Positions 27,472-39,476 of a stretch of DNA of 64,000 bases are shown in pieces (position 1 is the stretch's first letter; each line of letters begins with the position of its first letter). Where the stretch lies: contig NC_058368.1 of the NCBI RefSeq assembly GCF_018350175.1, positions 174,346,001 to 174,410,000 of the forward strand, in the 5' to 3' direction. Both the position numbers and the translations under genes were made by a program. The notes beneath the pieces are model-generated. The model ran no database searches, was not told where the DNA came from, and saw only the letters and a program-made list of their open reading frames with translations. The DNA comes from Felis catus (Eukaryota).

Positions 27472-28163
27472 TGACCTGCCATTTTTAACTGCACCACACA
27501 GATGAGGAGACGGAGGCCCAGAGGCTGCAAATAACTTGCCCGGGTTGTGTGACTGGTGCTGGTGGCTGAAGACAAGCTGGACAGCCCAAAGCAGGACGGC
27601 ACTCCTGGGCACTGGTCTGCCAGCTCTCTCTACTCTACTCTATCGCTCTCATTTAGCTATTTTTCCCCTCAAAGTACATCAATTAACGCCTGCACAGAAC
27701 TGGTATCTTGGAGGCCCTCCTTTTTTGTTTAAATACTAGCATGTCTACGGACACTATGAAGTTCTGCACTACAAGGACCCTGTGGTGACCCTAGAACATG
27801 TGAGCAAGAAGCAAGCTGTGGAGGCCTTCTTTGCCTAAAGGAGGAGTCCTTCTTTAGGCAAAGGAAAAGGGGAGAGATGGAAGAAAGGAACCCCAACACG
27901 TCTGGAGTTTCTATTACATGCCAGGAACTGGGCTAGATGCTAGCCTAAGAGTGCCAGCTCCTGCTATGCGCCATGGCAGAAGAGTCTACCTCAGCTCTCC
28001 TGACAGCGTGCTCGACGAGGAGGAAAGCAAGATTCTGAGACGCTACTCACAACTAATCCTCACCTACCCGGCAAGGGAGCTAGGAGGCTGATCTTCAGAC
28101 TCCCGGCCAAGCCCACCCAAACCCCAACCCTGAAAGCTTTTAGTGATGCGCCCTGTAAGGACC

Positions 28164-28580
28164 TGTGGTAGGCAGAATGATGCCCCTCCCCAACATGTGC
28201 ACGTCTTAGCCGCACGCACGGTCACCTTCTGTGACCAAGGGACTCTGCTGCTGTGACTAAGGCAGGGCTCTTGAGACTGGGAACCACCGGGGCTTACTCA
28301 GGTGGGTCTGATACGATCACAAGAGCCCCCACGAAAGAAAGAGGAGGGCAGGTGAGGCAGAGCCGGAAGAACAGATGTGAGACGAGCAGAGACTGGGGTG
28401 ACGTGAGGCGGTGAGCCAAGGCACATGGGCAGCTCCTGGAAGCTGCAAAAGTCAAAGAGCCTCCAGAAGTAACACAGACTCATTTTAGACCACCGGACTC
28501 CAGAACTATCAAATAATGTGCTGGTTTACAAATATTAATTTTGTCGTGGTCTGTTATAGTGGCGAAAGGAAACTAATACA
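28164..28580 (+). mobile_element. MaLR LTR, MLT1D-like
   Basis: Starts tgtggtaggcagaatgatgcccc, ends ggaaactaataca. Confidence 0.75.
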
Positions 28581-28962
28581 GCACCGTTCTCCCTACTTAG
28601 AAAGGATTTCAAATAGCACTGTACATTGGCATAAGAAATACCAATTAGCCTTCATAACCTGTCTCTGCCCCCCCATGCATTTCAAAAACATGAAGCCTCA
28701 TCAGGAATGTCATATTAACACGCTTACCAAGACAGCTGGTCTCAAACCAGGTAAATTTTTAATTAACTGTGATGCCCATGTTTCAATTAGACAAGCCTTT
28801 TTCACACATGAACCTTCAAGCACACTTCCACTTTCTCAACTTTAAACAAATCAACCAGTGTCTAGAATCAGGAGTTCCACTTTGGGGATTTTTGTTTTTT
28901 TTTTTTTTTTTTCCTTTTCAAAAATGTATTTCCTAGTCCACATTAAAAATCAGTAGCGCCAT

Positions 28963-29169
28963 GGGGCACCTGGGTGGCTCAGTCGGTTAAGCGTCTGACT
29001 TCAGCTCAGGCCATGATCTCACAGTCCGTGAGTTCGAGCCCCATGTCAGCTCTGCACGGACAGCTCAGAGCCTGGAGTTTGCTTCAGATCCTGTGTCTCC
29101 CTCTCTCTCTGCCCCTCCCCTGCTCATGCTCTGTTTCTCTCTCAAAAATAAAATAAAAACATAAAAAAT
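28963..29169 (+). mobile_element. Can-SINE
   Basis: Head, core and A tail. Confidence 0.92.
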
Positions 29170-29872
29170 AGGGGGGGAGCCAGGAGTGGTCCCGCCACTG
29201 CCCTGGGATACTTGTCTCCCCTCCTGTCCACGCCCGGGCCTGGGTGCTCTGACTGCAGACCAGACAGCAGCACTTTGTGCACCGAGCCAGGGTGCTGGGG
29301 GCTGCAGGCTGAGGGGGCACCAAGGTGCTGCTGGGGACCCCTCTCATCATTACCCCAGGCACGCTGCATTTTGTACCTGGAGCTGGCTAAGGGAGGGGAC
29401 TGAGACCCATCTGGGCCTCTGATCACGCAGCCATCTCCAGGGTGAATGAGCCAGCGTGGCCTCTGCCACCACGCGGGGGTCTCTGAGGCATGCCCCCTTT
29501 CTGCCTGCTTGCTGGGCCATGACTGGGCCTGACCGCTTGGTCAAACCACCACGTCTTGGGTGCCCACTGACTGGCAGATGGCACTGGCCCCCACATACTG
29601 GGTACTGACCAGCTGTTTGCGCTGGAGGGTTGGGGGTGCCCCCATTGGGCACCTCTGTAGGGAGGAAGCCGAGTCCCCAGGGGTGGGAGGAGAAGGAATG
29701 AGCTTGGTTTCCTCACAGTCTGGTTCACCCATAAAATGAGCAGTCATCTGAAGGTCTGGGGTTCCTGGGCTAGCTCCCTCACCCTGACTGGCTTGAAACT
29801 GGTCCAAGATCAGACACCTTTTTAGAGAGATGTCCTCACACACAGCTGAGCACATGGTTCTGACAGTTTTTC

Positions 29873-30652
29873 ATGAACAACGGATGCTGACAGTTTTATG
29901 ACAGATACTCATCAACTAGGAATTTCTGCAGAGAACACCGGAGGAAGTCATCACGATGTACAACCTTGTGATACTGGTGGCGGAGGAATGATCAAGAAGC
30001 CAAGATGGTTCAGAAGAAAGTTTCAGAGAACAAGATGTACATCTCTGGACTGCCAAAGCAGCACGGATAAGGAAAAATGCAATACCTTAAAGGGATGCCT
30101 GCACGGGACGCCAAAGAATGTGTTCAAGAATGCGTGAGTTTACCGGCTTTATCACACCTGAAGCGAATGAAAGAGTCATCTCGAGACTCAGAAGACAGCA
30201 GTGGGGAGGATGTCCCCTTCGCACGTCTACCTGAGGCCTTCACAGTTACGCGGAACTGCTGAAATACCTTCAGAAATGATGCCACGGAGAGAGAGACAGG
30301 ACTGTGGAACATCACAGCCACGGAGGCAGTAAGTGAAGACCTCCCTCAGCAGGAACTTACGAGCCAGTTCCCGGCCACTGTGACAACTGCACATGCCCAA
30401 CAGCAAAATGTTACGGTTTACACAACACCATCTTGGCACACTTCTGACGTTCAACAGACTCAGCTTGCACGATCTGAAATGATGGAATAGGGGTTGCTGA
30501 GGAGGGAAGGAGGCTGTGAAGAGTCCAGAACAGAGATATTACGGGGAAACGGCTGGTGAAGGTGACCTCTTTATATGTTTAAGTAGCCGTAAGGAGCTTC
30601 CTGAAGCCTGACCAAATGAGGTATGAACTCTTACTCAACAATCTTTTCCATG
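29873..30652 (+). pseudogene. Processed pseudogene of NF-Y subunit beta (NFYB); CDS remnant about 29873-30472 plus 3'UTR remnant
   Basis: Fragments TDTHQLGISAENTGGSH, ESFREQD, ARDAKECVQECVS, SGEDVPFA and QQQNVTVYTT..DVQQTQ match NFYB (TDASQLGISADYIGGSH, ESFREQD, AKDAKECVQECVS, NGEDILFA, QQQNVMVYTT..GVQQIQ). Collinear and intronless, broken by frameshifts. Confidence 0.9.
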
Positions 30653-30653
30653 A

Positions 30654-30779
30654 GGGGTGCCTGGCTGGCTCAGTCAGTTGAGCGTCTGACTCTTGACTTC
30701 AGCTCAGGTCATGATCCCAGGGGGTTGTGGGATTGAGCCCCGCGTCGGGCTCTGCACTAAGCATAGAGCCTGCTTAAGA

Positions 30780-30828
<49 letters not shown>

Positions 30829-31120
30829 TCTGCTCCTCTCCTCAGCTCATGTGCTCTCTCTCTCTCTTAAAAAATACATACATACAGGGGCACCTGGGTG
30901 GCTTAGTCAGTTAAGCATCCGACTCTTGGTTTCGGCTCAGGTCATGATCTCACGGTTTGTGAGTTTGAGCCCCACACCTGACTCTGTGCAGGCGGTGTGG
31001 AGCCTGCTTGGGATCTTCCCTCTCTCCCTCTCTCTCTGACTCTCCCCCGCTTGTGCTCTCTTTGTCTCTCTCAAAATAAATAAGTTAATTAAATAAGCAA
31101 TTGAATAATAATTAAAAAAA
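30654..31120 (+). mobile_element. Two tandem Can-SINEs (30654-30875, 30887-31120), first with expanded (CT)n
   Basis: Heads at 30654 and 30887; they abut the NFYB retrocopy 3'UTR remnant. Confidence 0.9.
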
Positions 31121-34100
31121 TATACAGACAGACATACTTTATAAGTTTTCTGTGGATGACTGACATCACTTTGCAATTAAAAGAAAGCCAAAGCTTTATC
31201 ACTTAGAGACAAAATCACTTGGAATGAACTCAGGATGTGGCTATCTGGCACCATTAATAATTAGAGAATTAGACTGCATTTAAATGACATTTCCAAAGAG
31301 ATTATTTTACAAATTATATATGTTGATTCATTAATTAACCCCTGAGAGGGGACAGAAATAATCTCTTAGGAGGAAACTGTCAGAATTCAAACCCTCGGCT
31401 AAGGGTTTGCATAAATATAGTATCAGGGAGCTTCATCAAAATAAATTTCTCCAAGCCTTTTTATTCATTAATTCACAAACAAAATTACTTGATATATTCA
31501 GTATCCACTGAAGGCCTCCCTTGTACCCAACACCAGCTTGGTCTTGCGTTTGGAAAGACCCAATATATACTGTGAACAGTAGTTGAAAAACAAACATTTT
31601 AATGATCACAACCTAAATTTCCCCCCAAAAACCTGCAGACATCCTTCGTACACAGAGCTTATTATGCATGGACATCGCCCAACTCTGCCGATAAAGTCTT
31701 TAACTGAGTTATCAGATCACAAATCTTGCTGAGTGACTCTGGTATCCAAATCTGTACATAATTCTCAAGAATATCCGTTATATGGAGTAAGCCTGCTCTG
31801 AAGTACACAATGACTAAGTCACAGACTCCATAAGCTTTTAAAGCCAGAGTGGCATGACAAAGTTCCTCTACTCATAACACAGGACTACATTATCTATCAT
31901 AGGCCTACTGGCAATGTTAATGAACTCCATCTCCTTCCAAGTCATTATTCAAATTACATCACAATCTTCATGAACAATTCTGGGAGGGCATTTCTGTTAG
32001 ATGTCACACAGTCAGTGCACAGCTATACAAAGGCGAAAACCACCCCCCGGTTCCTAGAACCAGGACCACCTTCTACTACATATAAGCCTTCACGGCTGCT
32101 AAAGTCTGCACCAATTAGGCAATGGTGATCCGTTTGGTTTCCATCCGTCTGGTTGTACTTAACCAACTGTCTTATAACTTGGGATCCCTGAATGGAAGGT
32201 ATAGTGGTTAGGAGACTGTGTTTGTGGAGGCAGCAGATCTGAGTTCAAATCCCAGTTCCACCAATGACTCTGCGACCTTGTATGCATTAGCCCACTGTTC
32301 CAAGTTTCTGGATCTTTATGCATGAAACTGGGATATTACCTAATAACCACCACTAATATTTAACAACCATCTGTTCTAAGAGCTTTCCTTAGATTACCAA
32401 CTCTTCTAACCCTCACAACAGTTCAGTTTCCTGAGCTAACTTGCTCAAGTGCGTAGGGGCGTTGGAACGTTAACCTAAGTCCTCTGGCTCCTCCAGAACC
32501 CTGCTCCTGGGAGAAGCGGTCGTAACCAGGATAGCATTTCCCCGGAGATTCCGATTCAGTAGAGCTGTGGATGGGGCCTCGGAAATAGATTTGTAAGAAG
32601 GACACCAGGGGAATCCTATGATTAGGTGAGTTTGGTAAACACCATGGGAAGAAGATAAAAAATAATAAATAAATAATGACCAAATGCCCTCCCAGTTAAG
32701 GGAAGATGCTTACCCTTTTGGAGGGCCAGTGTAGACGTTTAGATGACTCCCTGGCCGTTAATACTGGTTGCTGGGTCTGTTCTTTCTGGCTGGTTCCTGA
32801 TGAGAGTAGCTTCCTGCCCTATGGCCTGGTCCTGCGAGCACTTACCCTGACAGTGCATGGAATCAGAACGGGACTGGACCAAATGCACTGTGGACTAGAG
32901 TCCTGATTCTGTCACTTCCTTTGTAGGCATGTCACTGGGTGACTCACTTCACATCTCTGAGCCTCAATATTATCATCTATAGAATGGAGGTAAGAGGTGG
33001 CTCATAGAGCAAGCTGAGGTACACAAGAGAGCTTTAAACCTTTATTAATTGTAAAATGCTAAATAAAGGTAGGAAACATTTCTAACAAGCCAGTTTCCTG
33101 TGAGTGGATGTCCTCACTGGCTGAAGTCCTGCCCATAAATACAGTCACTGGCAATGGTGGCGGTGATGGGGTTGGGGGAGAAACGGACTGGAGCTTGGCT
33201 GCCTGAAGATGATGATCGAAAATGTCTATCAAAAATAACTTCCCTCCAAGATAAACTTTGTTTCAAACTTTTAGCTACATGCCAAGAAAATACTTAAATA
33301 CTGGAAAAAAATTTTTTGCCAAAACTTTGCAGGAAACAAGTTAGCAGAGAATATGCTTTTTATCAGGGACTTAGTAACAAAGACCTTTAACCCTGGCTAA
33401 AGATTAACGATGAAAATTAAATTATTAAACTGTACCCTTGCTGTTGATTAAAACAACTGCAGTTTGAAAGAGGTAAGAAAGCCCAGTTGCTCTGGTTTAG
33501 TTAGGGCCAGGCAGGTGTGAAACACCCCGTCAAAGTCACTGTCTGGGCGATGTGACTGAGTGCCCACTATGCCAGATGCTAGGCTTTCCGGGATTATTCG
33601 ATGCCAAAGCCTCATTTCTGTTCTCCAAGAAAACGTCCCCAGTTTTGTAGAGTTGCTCAGAAAAATCAAGTTCCACACCCAAGATGGCACAACCTGGAAT
33701 CAATGCTTCTGTCTGACTTTCCACCACGTTTCTGACCCCGGGGGGCCCACAGGTGATGTGCCTGCCAGGGGCAATCACCCTAACTCAAGAAGCCTAAACA
33801 GCACATTTACTAATTTGTTTGGGCTGGTCGTCCAGGCACAGGGTTCCTTTCTCGAGGGTGTGGCCACACAGGAGATCAAATTACAGACCAGAAAGTTGAA
33901 TCCTGTGCAAAGAACTAGATTCCTTCAAAGCGCATTTCCACTCATCAATGGCTTTCTGTTGCACACTCTCCTCTATTCCAGGGGGCTTTTCTAGAACCGA
34001 GGGAAGACATGGAGAATTAACGCCTTCTGCCTATCTCCCTGTCAGCACCCTCCCTGCCCCCTACTTCCCACCCCACAATGCAGATCCCACTCTTGGATTA

Positions 34101-34344
34101 ACTTTAAAACATCCCAGTGACAATACAATCATCAGTCATATTCCAGCAGTCAAGATCAACTTTGGGTATGGGTTTCTTAATCAATTTCTTAGGATGGGGT
34201 GAAGTTCTCATCCATTTTCTTTCTTTTTTTTAATGCTATTGGTTTCTACTTGAGATGGTGGCATCAGCCTATACAAATGTTAACATACTATTTTAGACAT
34301 ATTCAGTTGAATATTTTACCACCCGCTTTAAAGAATCAAATCAT

Positions 34345-34564
34345 GGGGGCGCCTGGGTGGCTCAGTCGGTTAAGCGTCCGACTTCAGCTCAGGTCGTGAT
34401 CTTGCGGTCCGCGGGTTCGAGCCCCGCGTCGGGCTCTGTGCTGACAGCTCGGAGCCTGGAGCCCGTTTCTGATTCTGTGTCTCCCTCTCTCTCTGCCCCT
34501 TTCCCCGTTCGCGCTCTCTCTCTGCCTTTCAAAAATGAATAAATGTTAAAAAAATTAAAAAAAA
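34345..34564 (+). mobile_element. Can-SINE
   Basis: TSD aaagaatcaaatcat. Confidence 0.93.
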
Positions 34565-36329
34565 AAGAATCAAATCATGTTATAGATACTGTACCTGAAA
34601 ATATGTGACAAAGTAACAGTTAACTAAAATGTCAATAACTTTGAACTTTGTATAATTACATACAGGTTTGATACTTACTTTAATTTTTCACTTTCCAGGT
34701 AAGTCAGCCTTTTTTTTTTTTTTTATTTGATTACTGCTACCGATGTCTTACCTTTAACCTCATACAAAAGGTCGGTTCCACCCATGATTATACTCCAACT
34801 AAATACATCTGACCACTGCCTGCATAGGAGGATGGACGTAGATGCCACCCGTATTTTTATTCTAAGGCACTGGAGGGCAAAGAAGTTGGACGATGGACCG
34901 ATTCGTAAGGTCACTGCTGCTCTGGTCGTCCTCTAAGATTTCTGCCCAGGAAGCGAAGAGGGGGAGGGATGTGTCCTCCCTGTTGGCATCTTCCTACATC
35001 CATCTGCATGAGATTTCATGAGACTTCTACAGAGCATTAAGAGCACTCTAAATATACGACCACCTCTTAAGTCCAGCCAGACTTTGCTTTGCTATGCAGG
35101 TTCCTCTCTGACAACTACACCAGATACTGTCCCTTTTCTGAAGGCCCACAGGGCTTAAAAGCCTGCACCCTCAATCTAACCCTTGAGGGCATACTCAGAG
35201 CAATTATACGTAGGGCTAAGACAGGATCTGATAGATCTTCCCTTCCAAACAAACACTGTCATTTTTGCAAGCTGGACACCTGCAGTCCTAGGGAGAAAGG
35301 ACCTGCTAGAGGCCCCAGAACTTCTTGGTAGAGCCTCCACGCATCTTTTCAAAGAGATCCCCCCCCCCCCCCCCCCCCCGCCAATCCTGTATACCTTGTA
35401 TGTCAAGTCTGACTCCAGCACCGTTAAGAGTCGCAGAGCCTCCTTATTTACCTGCATACCCACCTCCCACCTATTGCAATGCCTGGAAGCAGCTCAGCGA
35501 ACCGGGGATAGACCAAGGAAGAGAAAAGCAAGAGGCACCCGAGTCAAAATCTAGAAGGCGAGGGAGAAGAGAGATTATGAGTTTGAGAGAAGTACAAACA
35601 AAATGCAGTGGGGGTTCAGAAGGCAGCTGTCCATGAGGTGGTTAAGTGCTTAGGCTCCGAAGTCACTCGGAGGTAGGCACTGTCATTCAGGCACCCAACG
35701 CATATTCATTGAGGGTCTACCTGGTACAGGAGATTGCTGGATGTAGGTAGGGACAGATAGGTGAGCACGACAAACAGGCCCTGATCACAAGATGAGAGAA
35801 GAAAACGAGCAAGTAAACACAGTTAATTCCAACTGGTGACAAATGCTATTGAAGAAAACCCACAGGGGTAACCTAACAAAGAATGGATGCGTGAGGGGCC
35901 AATTTTAGACAACACAGTCATGGGCAGGTAACACTTTAGCTGAGACGTGGCCTTGCTCTACAGATGGCCAACTGTGCGACCTTGCGCTGGTTACTTAACC
36001 TCTCTGAGTACCAGCTTCCTCATCTGGATCATGGACAACACCACCAAGCACCTCACGGGGCTGAAAGAATGTAAAAGTAAATGGACCGAAAGAAATCACT
36101 GCACAAGCTTAGCAGATACCGTGGTTGTCATTCCGGGGAGGTTGGAGACCCGTGACACGTGGGAAAGATCAAGAGGGCATGGAGATGCAAGGTGGGGCCG
36201 GGACCACTCGCTCCCCTCTTTCCTGCAAGATCGCGAGTTCTAGGGCAGGGGCCGGGTGGTCTCTAACCCGATCAAGGAGCCCTGCTCTGCGCCGGGAGGA
36301 GAAACCAAGAGCTAAGAGTGTGGGGACAT

Positions 36330-37150
36330 GAGGGTAGGGTCGGTAACACCTGGTCACCAGGCAATCACTCGCGCCCGTAGCGCGGTGGCCTGTCCCCGCG
36401 GCAGCCATTTTGGGTGTCCTCACCGCGGGGAGTCTGGTCACGCGGCCGAGCACAGCGTGGCAGGGCGCGTGCGGGCGTGGATGGGTGAGCCCCTTCCCGT
36501 CCGGGGCAAGACCGCACTCCACCGCCGGGGCTCAGGGGGCCTCGGGGACAGGTCGGGCTGCTGCAGGTGGGGGGCGGCCAGACAGCGGGAGGGCAGGGGT
36601 CCCCAAGGTGCCGGGACCCCTGGCCCGGGAGTCCCCGGCACGGCGCGGGGGTTCCCGACCTCCGGCCCGGAGGGGGAGGGGGGTCTCCGCGCAACCCGCC
36701 TGCCGGCCCGCGCCGCTCCGCCCCTGCCCGCGCCCCTCCGCCGGGCTCCCCGCGCGCTTCCCACCCACCCCGGCTCGGCCCGACGCCCGCAACTCACCGC
36801 TCCCCGCCACCCGCCGCCCGCGCCGCCGGCACTCCCCGCTCAGCGCTGCCCGCGCCGCCACCGGAAGCGATTCTCCCGCCAGGGCGGCCCCGCGCGCCGC
36901 CGCCGCCCCGCGCGCGCCCTCGGAGCGCGTCCCCGTGCGGAGCCAGGCGGCCGCGTGGAGCCCCGGACCCGCCCCCGACTCGCCGCGCCGTCCGCCTGGC
37001 CTCGCGCTGCGTCTGGCGCGCTCCCTCGTGCCCGCGCTCTCGCTTCTGGCCCCTCCCCGCTCTCGCGCCCCGCGGTGAAGTCCCAACTTCGGCCCCTCCA
37101 GGCGGTCGGGGGCCCTCTCTGCTCAGGCAGGTGCCAGCGCTTCCCATTTG
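36330..37150 (-). promoter_or_regulatory. SFXN1: SFXN1 CpG-island promoter
   Basis: Very GC/CpG-rich; ETS/GABP-like CCGGAAG at 36861-36867; GC boxes; YY1-like CAAAATGGCTGC (minus strand) at 36401-36412. Confidence 0.88.
36798..36900 (-). other. SFXN1: Putative non-coding exon 1 of SFXN1 (5' end approximate)
   Basis: Consensus donor GCG|GTGAGT on the minus strand (plus-strand actcac at 36792-36797) in the core of the CpG island, about 13 kb upstream of coding exon 2. Confidence 0.75.
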
Positions 37151-37565
37151 GGCTTGCCCAGGGGAAATTGGGCAAATCATTTCTTCAAGGCCAGCGTCTG
37201 GTATAGAGTTCGCAGCCGCTCATTCAGTCGCTCATCCATTCATTTAAACCCGTGTCCCCCCGAGTGTGGAGTTAGCCACAACTGGTGCCACAAGGCCATT
37301 TTAGGTGGTACAGGTGCCACGGTCTGACTTACGTCTTTGAAAAGACTCGCTCTGGCTACGGTATGGAGAATAGTCTGCAGGACATGGAGACAGAAAGAGG
37401 TCAGTAGGGTGGCTACCCTGGTTAGCCAGGGAAATAGATGGCGGCTTGGACCAGGTTGATACAAGTGAGGCGGTGAGAGAATTATTGGGTTCTGGGTATA
37501 TCTTGGGGATAGATGAAATGCAGTATATGGTGAATTACATCATGTTCATGGAGAGGAAGACTCCG

Positions 37566-37788
37566 TTTTTTTTTATTTTTTTTTTCAACGTTTATTTATT
37601 TTTGGGACAGAGAGAGACACAGCATGAACGGGGGAGGGGCAGAGAGAGAGGGAGACACAGAATCGGAAACAGGCTCCAGGCTCTGAGCCATCAGCCCAGA
37701 GCCCGACGCGGGGCTCGAACTCACGGACCGCGAGATCATGACCTGGCTGAAGTCGGACGCTTAACCGACTGCGCCACCCAGGCGCCCC
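37566..37788 (-). mobile_element. Young SINEC_Fc about 0.7 kb upstream of the SFXN1 start
   Basis: Near-consensus with intact CpGs; TSD ggaagactcc. Confidence 0.95.
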
Positions 37789-37799
37789 GGAAGACTCCA

Positions 37800-38570
37800 T
37801 TTTTAAAGTCCTAAATTCTTCCCCCAAATAACCTATAAATGTAATGCAATCCCAAACAAAATCCTGACAAATCCAGTGGGTATAAGAGTGTGTATGCACA
37901 GGTAGATAAAAGGACTATAAAATGTATAGGGAAAAACAAAGAACCAGAAATAGCCAAAACAATTTTGAAGAAACAGAGGAGGGGGGAGTGATTCATGCTA
38001 TAAATACAGAGAGGTAGTATGTTTGTGCAACAAATAGCTTAGTGCAGCCAAACAGCAATACCCTACGTGGACCCTGCACGTACAGAAATGTGCTCTGAGC
38101 TGGCATCCCAAGTGAGGGGCGTAGGTTAAATATTCACTAAATAATACTGGGGCAATTGAATCTTTACTTCTACCATACACAACACTCAGCTCCAGGTGGA
38201 TTAAAGACCCAAGTATGAGAAACAAAGCTCTCAAGTTTCTAGCAGACAATAGAGGAGGGTATGTTTATGACCCTGGGAGAAGGAGTCATTCTTAAGGAAA
38301 CACAAAAAGTACAAAATAGAAAGGCAAGATTGAAAAGTTAAACCTTATGAAAACTCAAAAATTCATGCTCACCAATGATACCATAAAAAGTGAAAAGTTC
38401 ACAGACTGGGAGGAAATATTTTCAATGCATGGATATGGTAAAGAATACCTACCCAGAAAATATTTTTTAAAAATTTACAAACTAATAAGAAGAAACCACC
38501 CAATGGAAAGACATACAAAAATCATGGCTATGCAGCTCACAGAGAAGAAAAAAGAAATCGTCCCGATGCA
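37800..38570 (+). mobile_element. Old L1M ORF2 fragment
   Basis: aatgcaatcccaa..aaatagccaaaacaattttgaagaa..ggattaaagacc..acagactgggaggaaatattt. Confidence 0.7.
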
Positions 38571-39277
38571 TAAGTAAAGATTTTCAAGCTGGTCAGTAAT
38601 TTATTTGGACACTCAGCACGGGTTTCACAAAATTTTTGGTAGCACTCCTTACCCACAGAATTCCTTCGAATGTTGAAGCAGTTTATTATGTTCCTTACCA
38701 AACCCTGCACAAGTGTTTGGCTCAAAAAGATGGAAAAAAAGAAAAAAGAAAGAAAGAAAAGAAATGGTTCCTTCACAGGGCTTATTGGCAAGGAGATAGA
38801 GATGTAAACAAGTAATTACAAGAAATGATTACAATTCAATATAAGAATTGCAACAGTATAATGCGGGCTGTATAGCTAAGTGCTGAGAGCTTGGAGGAGG
38901 GACTGACTAGCTTGCCTGCAGAATGGGGTTGCAAGAGAGGTAGAGCAGATACAGAGCGTATCAGTTATCTGTTGCCACAGTGATGTTCCAGCACAGCCAC
39001 GAAACCTCAGGAGTATACAACAATGAACATTTATTTTTGTGCCTGAGCCTATGTTGACTGGAAGTTGTGCTGATAGGAGCTGGGCTCAGCAAAGCTTACT
39101 CATGTCTGGTCAGCTGTGGGCTGTCAGTGGCTTTGTGGATCCTCGCAGGGCTCTTTTACATGTCTGGGGACTCAGCTGGGACAATTGGACCGACAAGGGG
39201 GTGGAGGGACAGAGATAGATATAGAAGAAGGAAACTCAGTGCTTCTTGAGGCCAAGGCTTAGGAGTGACACATCTCC

Positions 39278-39397
39278 AGGATGCCTGGGTGGCTCCATAG
39301 GTTAAGAGTCTGACTCTTGATTTTGGCTCAGGTGATATCACAGTTCATGAGTTCGAGCCTCGTATTAGGTTCTTCACTGACAGCCCACAACCTTGGG

Positions 39398-39453
<56 letters not shown>

Positions 39454-39476
39454 AAATAAATAAACATTAAAAAAAG
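39278..39476 (+). mobile_element. Can-SINE with long (CT)n, inside an old MLT1-like LTR (about 38955-39500)
   Basis: SINE motifs; flanking tatcagttatctgttgccacag..acaacaatgaacatttatt is MLT1-like. Confidence 0.75.

Noticed and set aside
36328..37247. Long ORFs (up to 292 aa) over the SFXN1 CpG island, and similar ones at 61550-63015
   Set aside because: Pro/Arg/Gly/Ala-rich, open in many frames on both strands, no recognisable domain; expected from stop-codon scarcity in GC-rich DNA.
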